64,000 nucleotides of DNA from a virus. Under the pieces are notes generated by a model, which was not told the DNA's origin, made no database searches, and was given only the letters and a program-made list of their open reading frames with translations. The translations under genes and the position numbers were made by a program. The stretch lies in the IMG/VR virus record IMGVR_UViG_3300030061_003198. One strand, 5' to 3'. Shown in pieces: positions 40,741 to 50,503 of this stretch; positions within the stretch are counted from its first letter, which is position 1; each line of letters opens with the position of its first letter.

Positions 40741-42477
40741 TTAAGCGTTCATTTTATTTCCCTGGATTATTTCCATTGCAGTTATTATTTCTTCTCCATT
40801 AAAACTATTATTAACAACAAATGACATACCAGCTATTGCAGTAGCTACTTGTTGACCTATATTAGATGTGTCATTTGATGAACCTCCGGCCATGTTTGCA
40901 GTTGTTTTATCTAATGAACCTTGGCTTGTTGATGCCATTATATTAATTTTATCATTTGGATCAAATAATATAGTATCATTAACTCGTATGAATGCATCAT
41001 TTTTCGTATCAACTGCAGCAGTAGTATCGGGACTTTCTGTATCAAATCCGGTATCTTTCTCTTTTAAAGCGGTTACTAGAGCGTTACCTGTATCGGCTAA
41101 GTTTAATACATCGGCAACTATAGTTGCAGTTCCAATTGCAAATTCTACTATTCCGTCTTCAGCTGATAGACCTGCAGCCAATTTATCCATTAGGTTGTTA
41201 GCGGTGTCAACTACTTCAGCTGAAGAAAATGCGTTGTTACTAGCCGATACAGACATAACAGCTTTTCTGTTTTCTTGTGCATCGTCAACTCGTTCAATGG
41301 TAGTTTGAGTACTCCTCAGATCTGATAGCTCTTTTATATATTGTTCAATTGTCTTACCGCCGGTACCGTCTAATACTCCGCCTACACCAGCTCCAGTGCC
41401 TTTCCTCTCTGCTTTTCGTTTTTCGAAGTCTTCATCCGATTCACCTTCGCGTTGCTCTACATTCATTTGACCAAGCTTGTTGTATTCTTCCATCATTGAT
41501 AACATATCTGTTATTTGTCTGGTTTCAATTCCAAGATATTTTGCAGTGGCTTCTCTTGCTTTAAAGTTATTTTTTAATTCATGACCTTGTGTTTTTATAA
41601 GATCTACCATTATATCCATTTGCTTTTCAGAATCACCTTCGATGGTAGCTTGGTTATATGCAGCTGCTACATTTTTATATTTTTGTCCTTCTAATTTTTT
41701 TCCGGTAAATATTTGATATTCAACAGCTGAGGTGGTTGCACTTTCTATATCTAACATGGCTCCGGCGGTTTTATTTAAATCACCTAATGTTAACCCAAAT
41801 TTCTTTGCAGCTATTACAGATTTTTCTAACTGTCCAGGTATGCCTCGGCCGTATTGTATAGCTATATCACTATTTAAGTTGGCCATCTCTGATAGTATAT
41901 CAACTATTCCGCCGGCATATCCTTCTTCATCAATTAATTCCTTATTTATTTGTTCTGCATCTCTTATTACTTCTGTTACTGATTTGCCTTGTAGATTAGC
42001 TAGTTTTCTAATACTAAATGCTTGTTGAGCATCTAAGCCTAAACGATTTCTTAAGAAATCATTTGTTAATTGTAATTCTTTGTTGTATTCTTTATTAGCC
42101 GTTATATTTTTAATTTGACCTGGCATAAACTTTGCCATGTCTGAAGTATATTGTTTTGATAATCTTGCGTTTACCTTTAAAGCAATTGCAACTTTATCTA
42201 ATTCAATTGCTTGTTTTCGGGATGTATCCGTTGTTAAATTAAATGCTTTTTGCAATCCTAAAGCTCGAGCTTCTAGAACAGTAACTGATTTTATCAGGTC
42301 TTCTGTTCTTGATTGTAGAACTTCTAATATTGATATTTGTTTGTTTAAAGATCGTTCATCTATATATGCTTCGAATGCTTCTTTATATTGTTCATTTAAA
42401 TTCTCAGCTTCAGATTGGCCGTGTTTAGGTAAGTTTTTTAAATCTTGTATTAATATGTGATTGTAAACATAGTTCAT
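40741..42477 (-). CDS. Tape measure protein
   Basis: Helical Ala/Lys/Glu-rich ORF between the tail chaperones and baseplate; late motif at 42496-42504. Confidence 0.65.
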   Translation of the reverse strand: MNYVYNHILIQDLKNLPKHGQSEAENLNEQYKEAFEAYIDERSLNKQISILEVLQSRTEDLIKSVTVLEARALGLQKAFNLTTDTSRKQAIELDKVAIALKVNARLSKQYTSDMAKFMPGQIKNITANKEYNKELQLTNDFLRNRLGLDAQQAFSIRKLANLQGKSVTEVIRDAEQINKELIDEEGYAGGIVDILSEMANLNSDIAIQYGRGIPGQLEKSVIAAKKFGLTLGDLNKTAGAMLDIESATTSAVEYQIFTGKKLEGQKYKNVAAAYNQATIEGDSEKQMDIMVDLIKTQGHELKNNFKAREATAKYLGIETRQITDMLSMMEEYNKLGQMNVEQREGESDEDFEKRKAERKGTGAGVGGVLDGTGGKTIEQYIKELSDLRSTQTTIERVDDAQENRKAVMSVSASNNAFSSAEVVDTANNLMDKLAAGLSAEDGIVEFAIGTATIVADVLNLADTGNALVTALKEKDTGFDTESPDTTAAVDTKNDAFIRVNDTILFDPNDKINIMASTSQGSLDKTTANMAGGSSNDTSNIGQQVATAIAGMSFVVNNSFNGEEIITAMEIIQGNKMNA

Positions 42478-42504
42478 TAACCGTCCTTTATTTTATATAA
42501 ATAT

Positions 42505-42735
42505 TTAGAAAGGAGGTTTTGTGATTGTTTTTTTAGAAGTACTTGATTGTTTTGTGGCTTCTACTTGTTGTTTTCTGTCTGCAGACATCTTATTAAGTTT
42601 TTTAACATAAAAGTTTCTCAAGAAAACTGGCATATTATATATGGTATTCCAATCCCAACGACCTTCTCCTACCCAAACTAAATCAAATATAAGATCATGT
42701 AGTTTTGGTCTATCTTTTGGACTAAGGCCAAAAAA
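42505..42735 (-). CDS. Tail assembly chaperone C-terminal (frameshift) segment
   Basis: FFGLS...IFDLV...W.W.TIYNMP..LR.FY; no convincing start of its own; overlaps the upstream ORF at a T6 run. Confidence 0.6.
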   Translation of the reverse strand, partial: FFGLSPKDRPKLHDLIFDLVWVGEGRWDWNTIYNMPVFLRNFYVKKLNKMSADRKQQVEATKQSSTSKKTITKPPF

Positions 42736-43495
42736 GGTCTGATCCAAGCGGAAACCCGGCAGTAAAGGTGCCTCCGTCTTCACCTTCAAACTCATATTCA
42801 AAATTTACACCAGGAGAATTTTTAAAAACATGGTTTTGAAAGCTTTTCGAATCTTGTATAAGAAATTTGTATTTGATAAAATCTTCTATATCACCAAGCT
42901 TTCTAGAGTCATCTACTTGTTTAATCACTTTCATTAAAAATGAAGAAATATTTTTAGTTGTGTCTATGTCTTTGTTATCGGCAGTTGATATATATGAATA
43001 TTTTATAATAGTACCAGATGGTAATTTATATGTTATTTCTCCAGCATCATCAGAATCAACATCAAAGTCTTTATATTTTAATTTTTTTAAATCTACTGAT
43101 CTAGTTAACGTGGTGCCTGTATTTGGATCTATAATTGATACTGGATATTTAGCTCCGTAGCTAACAATTCTTGCAGATATTATTAATGCATCTTTGTCTA
43201 CTAATGCAATATCATTAACGTTAACATTTGTAATAATTAATGCTTCTAATAATTTATCTAATGTGATTCCGTCTTCCAAATATGATGTATTTGTTAATAT
43301 ATCTTCATCATATGCAGTCATATATCGCATTTCTAACTTTCCTTCGCTTAAAGGACTGCTCTTTGGATATATCTTTCCTTTGCTTGGTAAATAAACAATT
43401 TCTGTTGGTAATGTACTTCTTTGTGAAGTTTCATATTTTTGTTTAGCTAGATTTATTAAATTATCATTATCATAACGATCGGTGTGTTTTGCCAT
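42722..43495 (-). CDS. Tail assembly chaperone / baseplate hub assembly protein (T4 gp26-like)
   Basis: LPSKG..Y, MTA.DEDIL and ARI.SYG..Y; lies between tube and tape measure genes. Confidence 0.7.
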   Translation of the reverse strand: MAKHTDRYDNDNLINLAKQKYETSQRSTLPTEIVYLPSKGKIYPKSSPLSEGKLEMRYMTAYDEDILTNTSYLEDGITLDKLLEALIITNVNVNDIALVDKDALIISARIVSYGAKYPVSIIDPNTGTTLTRSVDLKKLKYKDFDVDSDDAGEITYKLPSGTIIKYSYISTADNKDIDTTKNISSFLMKVIKQVDDSRKLGDIEDFIKYKFLIQDSKSFQNHVFKNSPGVNFEYEFEGEDGGTFTAGFPLGSDLFWP

Positions 43496-43516
43496 TGTAT
43501 TCCTTTATAACTTTAA

Positions 43517-43525
43517 TATAAATAT
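43517..43525 (-). promoter_or_regulatory. Putative late promoter ATATTTATA
   Basis: Directly downstream of the tube-gene terminator. Confidence 0.6.
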
Positions 43526-43536
43526 TACTAAACAGT

Positions 43537-43563
43537 AAAAATGGGAGTAAAACTACTCCCATT
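43537..43563 (-). terminator. Rho-independent terminator after the tail tube gene
   Basis: AATGGGAGTA-GTTT-TACTCCCATT followed by TTT on the minus strand. Confidence 0.8.
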
Positions 43564-43579
43564 ATAATATAATTAAATA

Positions 43580-44089
43580 TTAATATTGTAATACTGCATA
43601 ATCATATTTGAGTGTCATTTCAATTGTGACTGCTTCTTCATTTGACCAATCCATTTGACCAAAATTAGTATCTAAAATAAATGCTCCATTTAAAGTCCAT
43701 TCTTCAATAAACTCTCCCGTTGGAGATAATGAATTAAATGTTATTTGTTTTTTATAATCAGATGAATACCCATCTCTACCAGTTAATGATTCATGGTGTT
43801 TTCTTACCCAATCCATTACAGCTTGTGCTCCGGAAGGTACAATTGGATCATATAATGTAATTGATATATCATTCCACCTAGACTTTCCTTTAACTTTTCT
43901 GTCAATGTTCATGTGATCTAATACAATTTCTCCATTTGTCATCGATGGCCTTGCAGCTGCTTTAATAAGGTATGATGGAATGTCATCTATATACATTATA
44001 AATCGATTGGAGTATTTAGGTTCCCAATTAAACGCTTGGTTAAATAATTCATCATTATCTACACCTGGTAAATTTTGTTGTATGGCCAT
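43580..44089 (-). CDS. Tail tube protein (T4 gp19-like)
   Basis: EPK..NRF, W.DI.ITLYDP, YKK and EEW.L.GAF; follows the sheath gene; late motif at 44109-44117. Confidence 0.9.
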   Translation of the reverse strand: MAIQQNLPGVDNDELFNQAFNWEPKYSNRFIMYIDDIPSYLIKAAARPSMTNGEIVLDHMNIDRKVKGKSRWNDISITLYDPIVPSGAQAVMDWVRKHHESLTGRDGYSSDYKKQITFNSLSPTGEFIEEWTLNGAFILDTNFGQMDWSNEEAVTIEMTLKYDYAVLQY

Positions 44090-44132
44090 TTCTATTTATT
44101 CCTTTTTATATAAATATTGTATACTTTAATTT

Positions 44133-46673
44133 TTATTCTGGGAATGCTGCTCCCGTTGGCATAATATTAAAGTCTAATACAATAAATTCTGCAGTTCTTG
44201 TTGGTTGTAAAAATATCTGACCATATAATTTATTCTGATCAATTATATCTGGAGTATTATTTGTTCCATCCATTACAACTCTAAATGCTGTTAACCCTTG
44301 TTCTTGTTTTACTTTATCTAAATATGGATTAACAATACTTAAAAATCTATTTCTTGTTGCTGCCGTATTTTGTTCAAATACTAAAAATCTAGTTGCAGAT
44401 GATATAAATTTCTTAACGGTAATTAATAATCTTCTAACATTTACTCTATCTAATGCACTTGGTCTATCTTGCAATGTTTTTTGACCCCAAACACATACTC
44501 CTTGATTAGGGAATGTTGCGATTGGATTAACTCTTGCAATATATAATTCATCTCTATCTGCTTGTGATAAATTATCATATGCTTTTATTACGGTATCTAA
44601 ACCACCTCTATTTAATCCGGCTGGTGCATACCATGGAGCTTTTAATCTGTCATTTTTAGCTAATGCTCCAATTACTAATACTGATGGTGGTAAGAAAATA
44701 TCTTTATTACTTCCATCAAATCGTTTCAACCATGGATAATATGTTGCAGTATAATTAGAATTAACTTGTTTAACTAAATTAGTTGTAGTTAATATATTCT
44801 CATCTAATTTATTTGAATCCATTACATAAAATGTATCTTGTCGTCTTAATGCCATATTTCGAGCTAACGATGTTACCCCAGGATGTTGTGAATGTAATAT
44901 ACCAGGAGTTAATAACATGTTAATATCAAAAAAGTCTGTATTGCTTAATGCATTAAATGCTTGTTTATAAACAGCGGTACCTGATGTATCTGCTGTACTA
45001 CAATCAAATCCAAATGTATTAGTAGATTTTATATCGCCTCCAGATAATTTTTGAAGATTTGGTCTTGCTCCATCAAATCCTCCTTGGAATGGAACAATAA
45101 ATTGCCTAGTTGACAATTTAATATTTGTTGCAAACGTTCCGCCTGTCAATGAATCTCCAATACTTCCAGAATAAGTTCCGCCTCCAGCACCTGTACCAAA
45201 ATCTGCTCCTGAGTCTTGTTTCATGTCTCCTAGGTAGAATGCTGCTGAACCTGAGCCAACTGCTGATCCTGAACTTGGTAATGGAGCTAAATAATTTAAA
45301 TTATGTACATCTGTATAATCAAATCCATATAAGAAAGCTGGATTATACTGGGATAAAGCATCTAATTGATTTGATTTATATATTGGTTTTTCTAAATTTT
45401 TTCCTTCTGCTGCCGAACCTGATTGCTGAACTGGTGATACTAAATTTGCATATCCAAATGGTATTTTTGATGAATTAATAGTTCCTTTTTCAACACTTTG
45501 AGGTACTTCTACTCTTATATATTCAGAATTATTTGGATAATCGCCATGATCTGTAATTTTACCTGCATTATCAATTGTCCTATATTGTGTACCTATTTTT
45601 TTAGCTATATAATTTATCGAATTAGGATTTAAATTACAATTTGAATATGATTCTAATATTACTTGTTCTATATCGGTGTCAACCGTTGCTCGATCTTCAT
45701 TTATAAATGGTGAATCTGGAATATGTACTTGATTGACTTTTCTAACAGTTACTGCAAATGAAGCATATCCGTCTGGGTCTCCATTTTCAGTTCCTAATAA
45801 TATATTTGATATTGCAACTTTAACGTCATAATTTTCAGCTGTTCCATGTGATAGTGTATGGAATTTCATTAAATTAGATACTACACCACTACTTTTTTGT
45901 GATGTGATCCATGGGGTTGAAGCTTCACTATAATCTGTTAAATTTTGATAATCTGGTATGATTCCTAATGACATAGTAATCATATTTTTATGCGCTATTA
46001 AACCATATGCATTAGGATTTGCATATTGTATATATACTGGCTTAGATGTTGTTTTATAATTGTCATCGATTACATCTCCAATTGGAGGAACTATGTTACC
46101 TAGTGCATCTGTATAATCATTAGTTTGTATTGACATACTAATATAGCCAGCACCTGTGCCGTCAACTGGAATATCATATCCTGAATATCCAGGCGTTGAA
46201 GGGTCAATTGCATAAGATCCAGATATTAATAATCTAAAACTTCCTGATTCGCCAGAAACTAATTTTGATTTCTCAAATAAGTCATCTGTTTCTGCAGTAG
46301 CGGCTGTATAGCTTACTGATTGGCCTGGGTGTAATACATGCGTTACATACTCAATTGATCCACTACTTGCGATAATACATAAAACACCATTTTTTAAACG
46401 ATATCCACCTTTATGAAGTAATCTTGTTACAGTCATAACACCACCTTGTGCATTTCTAAAATATTCGTCTGCAGCAATAGGTAGATATGAGTCTTCTGTA
46501 TATCCTCCGAATTTGGCAGCAAATTCTGTTTGATTAACAACAGTTGGCAGTAAAGCCGGCCCTTTTAGTGTCGGTCCAACAATAGCAGGTCCTATTTCCC
46601 TAACTCCTTGTGATAAAAATGATTGGTCTTTTTCTTTGGTAAAAACACCAGGCGATACGATTCTCTCGGCCAT
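44133..46673 (-). CDS. Contractile tail sheath protein (T4 gp18-like)
   Basis: SPGVFT.E.D, PW.APAGLNRG, VNPI, WGQKTL, RVNVRRL, FEQN and PTRTAEFI; late motif at 46702-46710. Confidence 0.95.
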   Translation of the reverse strand: MAERIVSPGVFTKEKDQSFLSQGVREIGPAIVGPTLKGPALLPTVVNQTEFAAKFGGYTEDSYLPIAADEYFRNAQGGVMTVTRLLHKGGYRLKNGVLCIIASSGSIEYVTHVLHPGQSVSYTAATAETDDLFEKSKLVSGESGSFRLLISGSYAIDPSTPGYSGYDIPVDGTGAGYISMSIQTNDYTDALGNIVPPIGDVIDDNYKTTSKPVYIQYANPNAYGLIAHKNMITMSLGIIPDYQNLTDYSEASTPWITSQKSSGVVSNLMKFHTLSHGTAENYDVKVAISNILLGTENGDPDGYASFAVTVRKVNQVHIPDSPFINEDRATVDTDIEQVILESYSNCNLNPNSINYIAKKIGTQYRTIDNAGKITDHGDYPNNSEYIRVEVPQSVEKGTINSSKIPFGYANLVSPVQQSGSAAEGKNLEKPIYKSNQLDALSQYNPAFLYGFDYTDVHNLNYLAPLPSSGSAVGSGSAAFYLGDMKQDSGADFGTGAGGGTYSGSIGDSLTGGTFATNIKLSTRQFIVPFQGGFDGARPNLQKLSGGDIKSTNTFGFDCSTADTSGTAVYKQAFNALSNTDFFDINMLLTPGILHSQHPGVTSLARNMALRRQDTFYVMDSNKLDENILTTTNLVKQVNSNYTATYYPWLKRFDGSNKDIFLPPSVLVIGALAKNDRLKAPWYAPAGLNRGGLDTVIKAYDNLSQADRDELYIARVNPIATFPNQGVCVWGQKTLQDRPSALDRVNVRRLLITVKKFISSATRFLVFEQNTAATRNRFLSIVNPYLDKVKQEQGLTAFRVVMDGTNNTPDIIDQNKLYGQIFLQPTRTAEFIVLDFNIMPTGAAFPE

Positions 46674-46719
46674 TAAAATACTCCTATATAATTTATTTAT
46701 TTATAAATATGTCTTTAAA

Positions 46720-47004
46720 CTATGAAACAGGTACTGGGACTGAAGTAAATGTACCATCTTGTATATTAATTTGCCCATCACCATATTTTTCTCGTAGTTC
46801 GTTAATGAATTCTTCTTCATTTTGTTTTAAATTCTTTAATTCGTCAAAAAATTCATCTTTTGCTTTTTCAATTTCTTTCAATTGTTCAGATACAATAAAT
46901 TCATCAGTAGCTACTGCTCCTATTTTTGAATTTAATTCTGTGTATTGTTCTCTGAATGTGTTTATTTTTTCTAAATGTTCTTGTTCTAATTTCTGTGTTT
47001 CCAT
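46720..47004 (-). CDS. Coiled-coil hypothetical protein
   Basis: Heptad-rich, ending KYGDGQINIQDGTF; TAGGAT-N17-TATATT promoter at 47024-47052. Confidence 0.6.
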   Translation of the reverse strand: METQKLEQEHLEKINTFREQYTELNSKIGAVATDEFIVSEQLKEIEKAKDEFFDELKNLKQNEEEFINELREKYGDGQINIQDGTFTSVPVPVS

Positions 47005-47049
47005 AATTATAACCTTTATTTTTAATATAATAAAAAAAAATTTATTATC

Positions 47050-47529
47050 CTATGACATTCTAATTTTTATTAAACTTCCTGATCTATATAATCCACCTAA
47101 CGGTACTCCTCCGGAACCAGCTGCTGTGTCAGTATCATAATGTAAACTTTTTGAAACATGGGTCAATGTTATATATCCTGAGTTACTAGTTAACGTTCCT
47201 GACAGATTACCAGCAAAACTACCAGTTCCGGATAATGCATGACTTGATGTTGTTGATGTTACTGCAGTCGTTGCATGTGAAGATGATATTGAATATGAAG
47301 ATGATATTGAATATGATGATGTTAATGGACTTATATTTCCTTGTGTACTAGAAAAATAATCAGCTGATGATGTTCCTTTTACGTCAAATGATCCTGTATG
47401 GAATGTAGATCCCGAAATGTATATATTATATGCATGCTCTGCAGTTAATGCATCGATTGATTGTGTTAATTGTGCTGCAGTAATTAAACTGCCGTCAGAC
47501 ATTCCGGTTTTTGATAATTTATTTGCCAT
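47050..47529 (-). CDS. Virion structural protein (Ser-rich)
   Basis: ISGS/TGS repeats and a GGVPLGGLYR C-terminus; late-motif variant upstream. Confidence 0.6.
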   Translation of the reverse strand: MANKLSKTGMSDGSLITAAQLTQSIDALTAEHAYNIYISGSTFHTGSFDVKGTSSADYFSSTQGNISPLTSSYSISSSYSISSSHATTAVTSTTSSHALSGTGSFAGNLSGTLTSNSGYITLTHVSKSLHYDTDTAAGSGGVPLGGLYRSGSLIKIRMS

Positions 47530-47575
47530 TATTATTTCTTTTCTTTATTAATAAATATAAGTATTTTTTGTAAAA

Positions 47576-47836
47576 TTACGGCATTGAACCAGTGTCAGTC
47601 CAAAATGAGCTAGTTAATTTTGTTGAACTATCTGAATGAGACCCGCGCCAAGTTAAGGTTACGCTATTATTTGTGATAAATGTAGGCTCTTTTTCAGTAT
47701 ACCATTTTAAAATAAATTGTGTTTTATCGATTGATTTTCTAACAGTATCTGCAGACTTTTCCATAACTTGTGTAAAATCTACATTGCCAATTGTCGATGT
47801 ATTTGCATATGCATATGTTCTATTTGAATAATTCAT
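47576..47836 (-). CDS. Hypothetical virion-associated protein
   Basis: ORF with GGAG RBS and late motif at 47851-47859. Confidence 0.55.
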   Translation of the reverse strand: MNYSNRTYAYANTSTIGNVDFTQVMEKSADTVRKSIDKTQFILKWYTEKEPTFITNNSVTLTWRGSHSDSSTKLTSSFWTDTGSMP

Positions 47837-47871
47837 AAATCTTCTCCTATTATAAATATATATAGAAAATA

Positions 47872-48207
47872 TTATCCTTCAGAATTATCAATTTCCATAT
47901 ATGAGACCGTAGCTTGTAGACTACCGCTTAAATCAGATTGTGCTGTTAATAAATCATTATTGTCTAATACCATTGTGCCATCAATGGCTTGAAATGATGA
48001 TGCTTGCGGTACAACAACGTCTTTAGCTATGAAATATTCTTTATTACTTGCACTAGTATCTTTCCACTTTAAAGTAACTTGTGCATTTGAACTAGTAATA
48101 TTAGTTATATGTATAGTTTTAAGTAATAATTTTTTTGATGCTCCTGCAGTTACTAATGTTGCAGCTGAAGCTGATGTTATATACGATCCTGTAATTAAAT
48201 ATTCCAT
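47872..48207 (-). CDS. Small beta-sandwich virion protein
   Basis: I.ITN...V..P......VL...D.L pattern; structural context. Confidence 0.5.
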   Translation of the reverse strand: MEYLITGSYITSASAATLVTAGASKKLLLKTIHITNITSSNAQVTLKWKDTSASNKEYFIAKDVVVPQASSFQAIDGTMVLDNNDLLTAQSDLSGSLQATVSYMEIDNSEG

Positions 48208-48227
48208 TTTTTCTCCATTTCTTTTAT

Positions 48228-48839
48228 TTAGCTATCAGTATTATATGTTCCTGTTAGCAAATTCATAACTTGATTTTTTAATTCTACTGTATAATATGAC
48301 TTCGAAGGAAATCCAGTACTGCTATATGCAGCTGTTCCTTCTACATAATCAAATAAACCATCAATATTATCTAATGCTTTTGATTCTATACCATAATAAA
48401 TATATTTCTCATTCAATATTATAGTATCATTTGCAATTTCATTTGATTGATCTTTTGATAATCGATAGGATATATAAGATTTTACCTTGTTCCAACGTTG
48501 TTGTCTAGCTGTTTGTGAATTTACAATATAAGTTGCCCAATAAGACTCTTGTTCAGAATCTGTATATAATTTATCTCTATCTGTTTTATCAACACAGAAG
48601 TTTTGGGCTGCATAAGGCTTATCATATTCAGTTAACGCATCAAATCCTCCATTATTAGTTATATACCCCATTGAACCCGTACGTTGGTATATATAATCTT
48701 TTCCAGCTTCTTCTCCAATTTTAAACCAATATTCAACACAAGAAATGTCTAAATAATCAGTATCGAGTGTTTCTTTAAATTGGTATATTGGTGCTGATGG
48801 ATTAGCTCCATAATATTTTCCTATTTTTAAATATCCCAT
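48228..48839 (-). CDS. Hypothetical protein
   Basis: 203-aa ORF with RBS in the fibre cluster. Confidence 0.5.
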   Translation of the reverse strand: MGYLKIGKYYGANPSAPIYQFKETLDTDYLDISCVEYWFKIGEEAGKDYIYQRTGSMGYITNNGGFDALTEYDKPYAAQNFCVDKTDRDKLYTDSEQESYWATYIVNSQTARQQRWNKVKSYISYRLSKDQSNEIANDTIILNEKYIYYGIESKALDNIDGLFDYVEGTAAYSSTGFPSKSYYTVELKNQVMNLLTGTYNTDS

Positions 48840-48851
48840 GTTATTCCTTTA

Positions 48852-49685
48852 CTAAGATATATTATATCTATCTTTTAAATAATTTTCTGTTATCTCTTGG
48901 CCTGCTGCACTTAAAGTTGCCGGATACCAAAGAACTTCTCCATAGTCCCAATCACCATCATATGCATCTGAACCACCTCTATTTAAACTTATTCCTTCTC
49001 CTGATGCGTTTAGATCTGTTGTAGAAAGTGATTTTGAATCAGAATCAGCATCTGTTCCTATAATTGCTGCTGCTATTGTAGATCCATCATATTGAAATTT
49101 GTATATATTTACATCTGATGTTCCAGGACTATCTAGCTCTATTCGTTTTGATGCCGTATTCCAATAGTCTATAAAGAACCTCAATACGCCGGCATAGTAA
49201 TATATGCCCCAACCAGTGCTCCATGTTGTTCCGTTTGTTCTACTGACAAAGAATGAAAATGTTGACGGATATGAATTTCTTTTAGCTACAACATATAAAC
49301 AAAATCCTCCGCTAGCATCTAAACTCGAATCATCATCTGTTTCCATGGAGTCGCCGTTTGCTGCATTAATACTTGGTAAGTTGTTTAGTACTGGGTTAGA
49401 TGCTTCATATTGTGGATAATCTCCAGATGTTCCTTGTTTAAAATGATTGTCGTTACCACTTTGATCATCCCATTGAGATACATTGTTAGATCCATCTTTT
49501 GTTACACCAAATGTTGATTTAGACCAAACCGAATATCCAGGCGCTGGTTGAAGGCCTGCTGATAGATTTCCATCTTTTCGTGTAAGATAATGTTGTGTAA
49601 GTCCAAGTGAGCCACTATAACCTGTCTCTATTCCGCCAAATCTAAAATCTGGATTTGTATATCCGCTATTGCCTCTTCTCCCCAT
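48852..49685 (-). CDS. Virion protein with LamG/concanavalin-like domain
   Basis: VSQWDDQSGN.NH...GEVL.Y...L......ENYL..RY; start moved by TAATG overlap. Confidence 0.6.
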   Translation of the reverse strand: MGRRGNSGYTNPDFRFGGIETGYSGSLGLTQHYLTRKDGNLSAGLQPAPGYSVWSKSTFGVTKDGSNNVSQWDDQSGNDNHFKQGTSGDYPQYEASNPVLNNLPSINAANGDSMETDDDSSLDASGGFCLYVVAKRNSYPSTFSFFVSRTNGTTWSTGWGIYYYAGVLRFFIDYWNTASKRIELDSPGTSDVNIYKFQYDGSTIAAAIIGTDADSDSKSLSTTDLNASGEGISLNRGGSDAYDGDWDYGEVLWYPATLSAAGQEITENYLKDRYNIS

Positions 49686-50503
49686 TATGAATTTGCCTTT
49701 AATCTTACATTTGCAATAGTCCAAGCTGGTTGGTACTGAACACTACTGTCAGCTTCGAAACTAAATATAATTCTTCGAGTGGTACCTACAGTCCATAAGC
49801 TACCATTAGTTATTTCACTTCCATCTATAGTTATACTTTCTCCATAAAATGCATTTCTTGCTGCACTAGTGCCGGCTCTAGAGTTAGAGTCTTCACTATT
49901 AAATTTTCCATTATTAGTATTAGCTGCTACGTTAGTGCCTACTAGTCTTTCATAATTTGAGCCATTAGTGAGGCCATATCCAGTACCAGCAACTGGTGTG
50001 AATGTGGTGTCAGCAAATCCTACGTAACCAAAATCAAAACTACTTACTCCACTACCATTCTCTCCATAACACATCCATTCGAATGTGAGAGTCAAGCTTG
50101 TAGTTCCAGCTGGTATATCAAAATCAAAATACATATGACATTCTGTGTTTGCTACATATGTGTTATTACTAGAGTCACTTGAAACATATGCAGCATGAGT
50201 TGAGCTTGATGGTATTGTTTTTACAGCTCCATCGTTGCCTTTTGTGTTTTGTCCACATATCCATCTTTTACTTGTTGATTCTTCTAAGTTTGTCCATTTT
50301 GACAAATCACCAGTTGCAAATGTATCTTCAAATAAAAATTCAGTTGGAAAGATCGGCTGTAAATCTCCTCCTAATCTTTCTAATCTAATTTTTCTATTTG
50401 AAAGTATGCCTATAGAGCTAGTTGTAGCAAGAGAACTAGTTACATTAGATCTAGCATCATAGCCTATTAATCCGCCATTGCCTTTTCTTGCACTGATTCC
50501 CAT
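49685..50503 (-). CDS. Virion protein with jelly-roll (MAM-like) domain
   Basis: F.DTF..G....W and LTF.W pattern; start moved by TAATG overlap. Confidence 0.5.
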   Translation of the reverse strand: MGISARKGNGGLIGYDARSNVTSSLATTSSIGILSNRKIRLERLGGDLQPIFPTEFLFEDTFATGDLSKWTNLEESTSKRWICGQNTKGNDGAVKTIPSSSTHAAYVSSDSSNNTYVANTECHMYFDFDIPAGTTSLTLTFEWMCYGENGSGVSSFDFGYVGFADTTFTPVAGTGYGLTNGSNYERLVGTNVAANTNNGKFNSEDSNSRAGTSAARNAFYGESITIDGSEITNGSLWTVGTTRRIIFSFEADSSVQYQPAWTIANVRLKANS

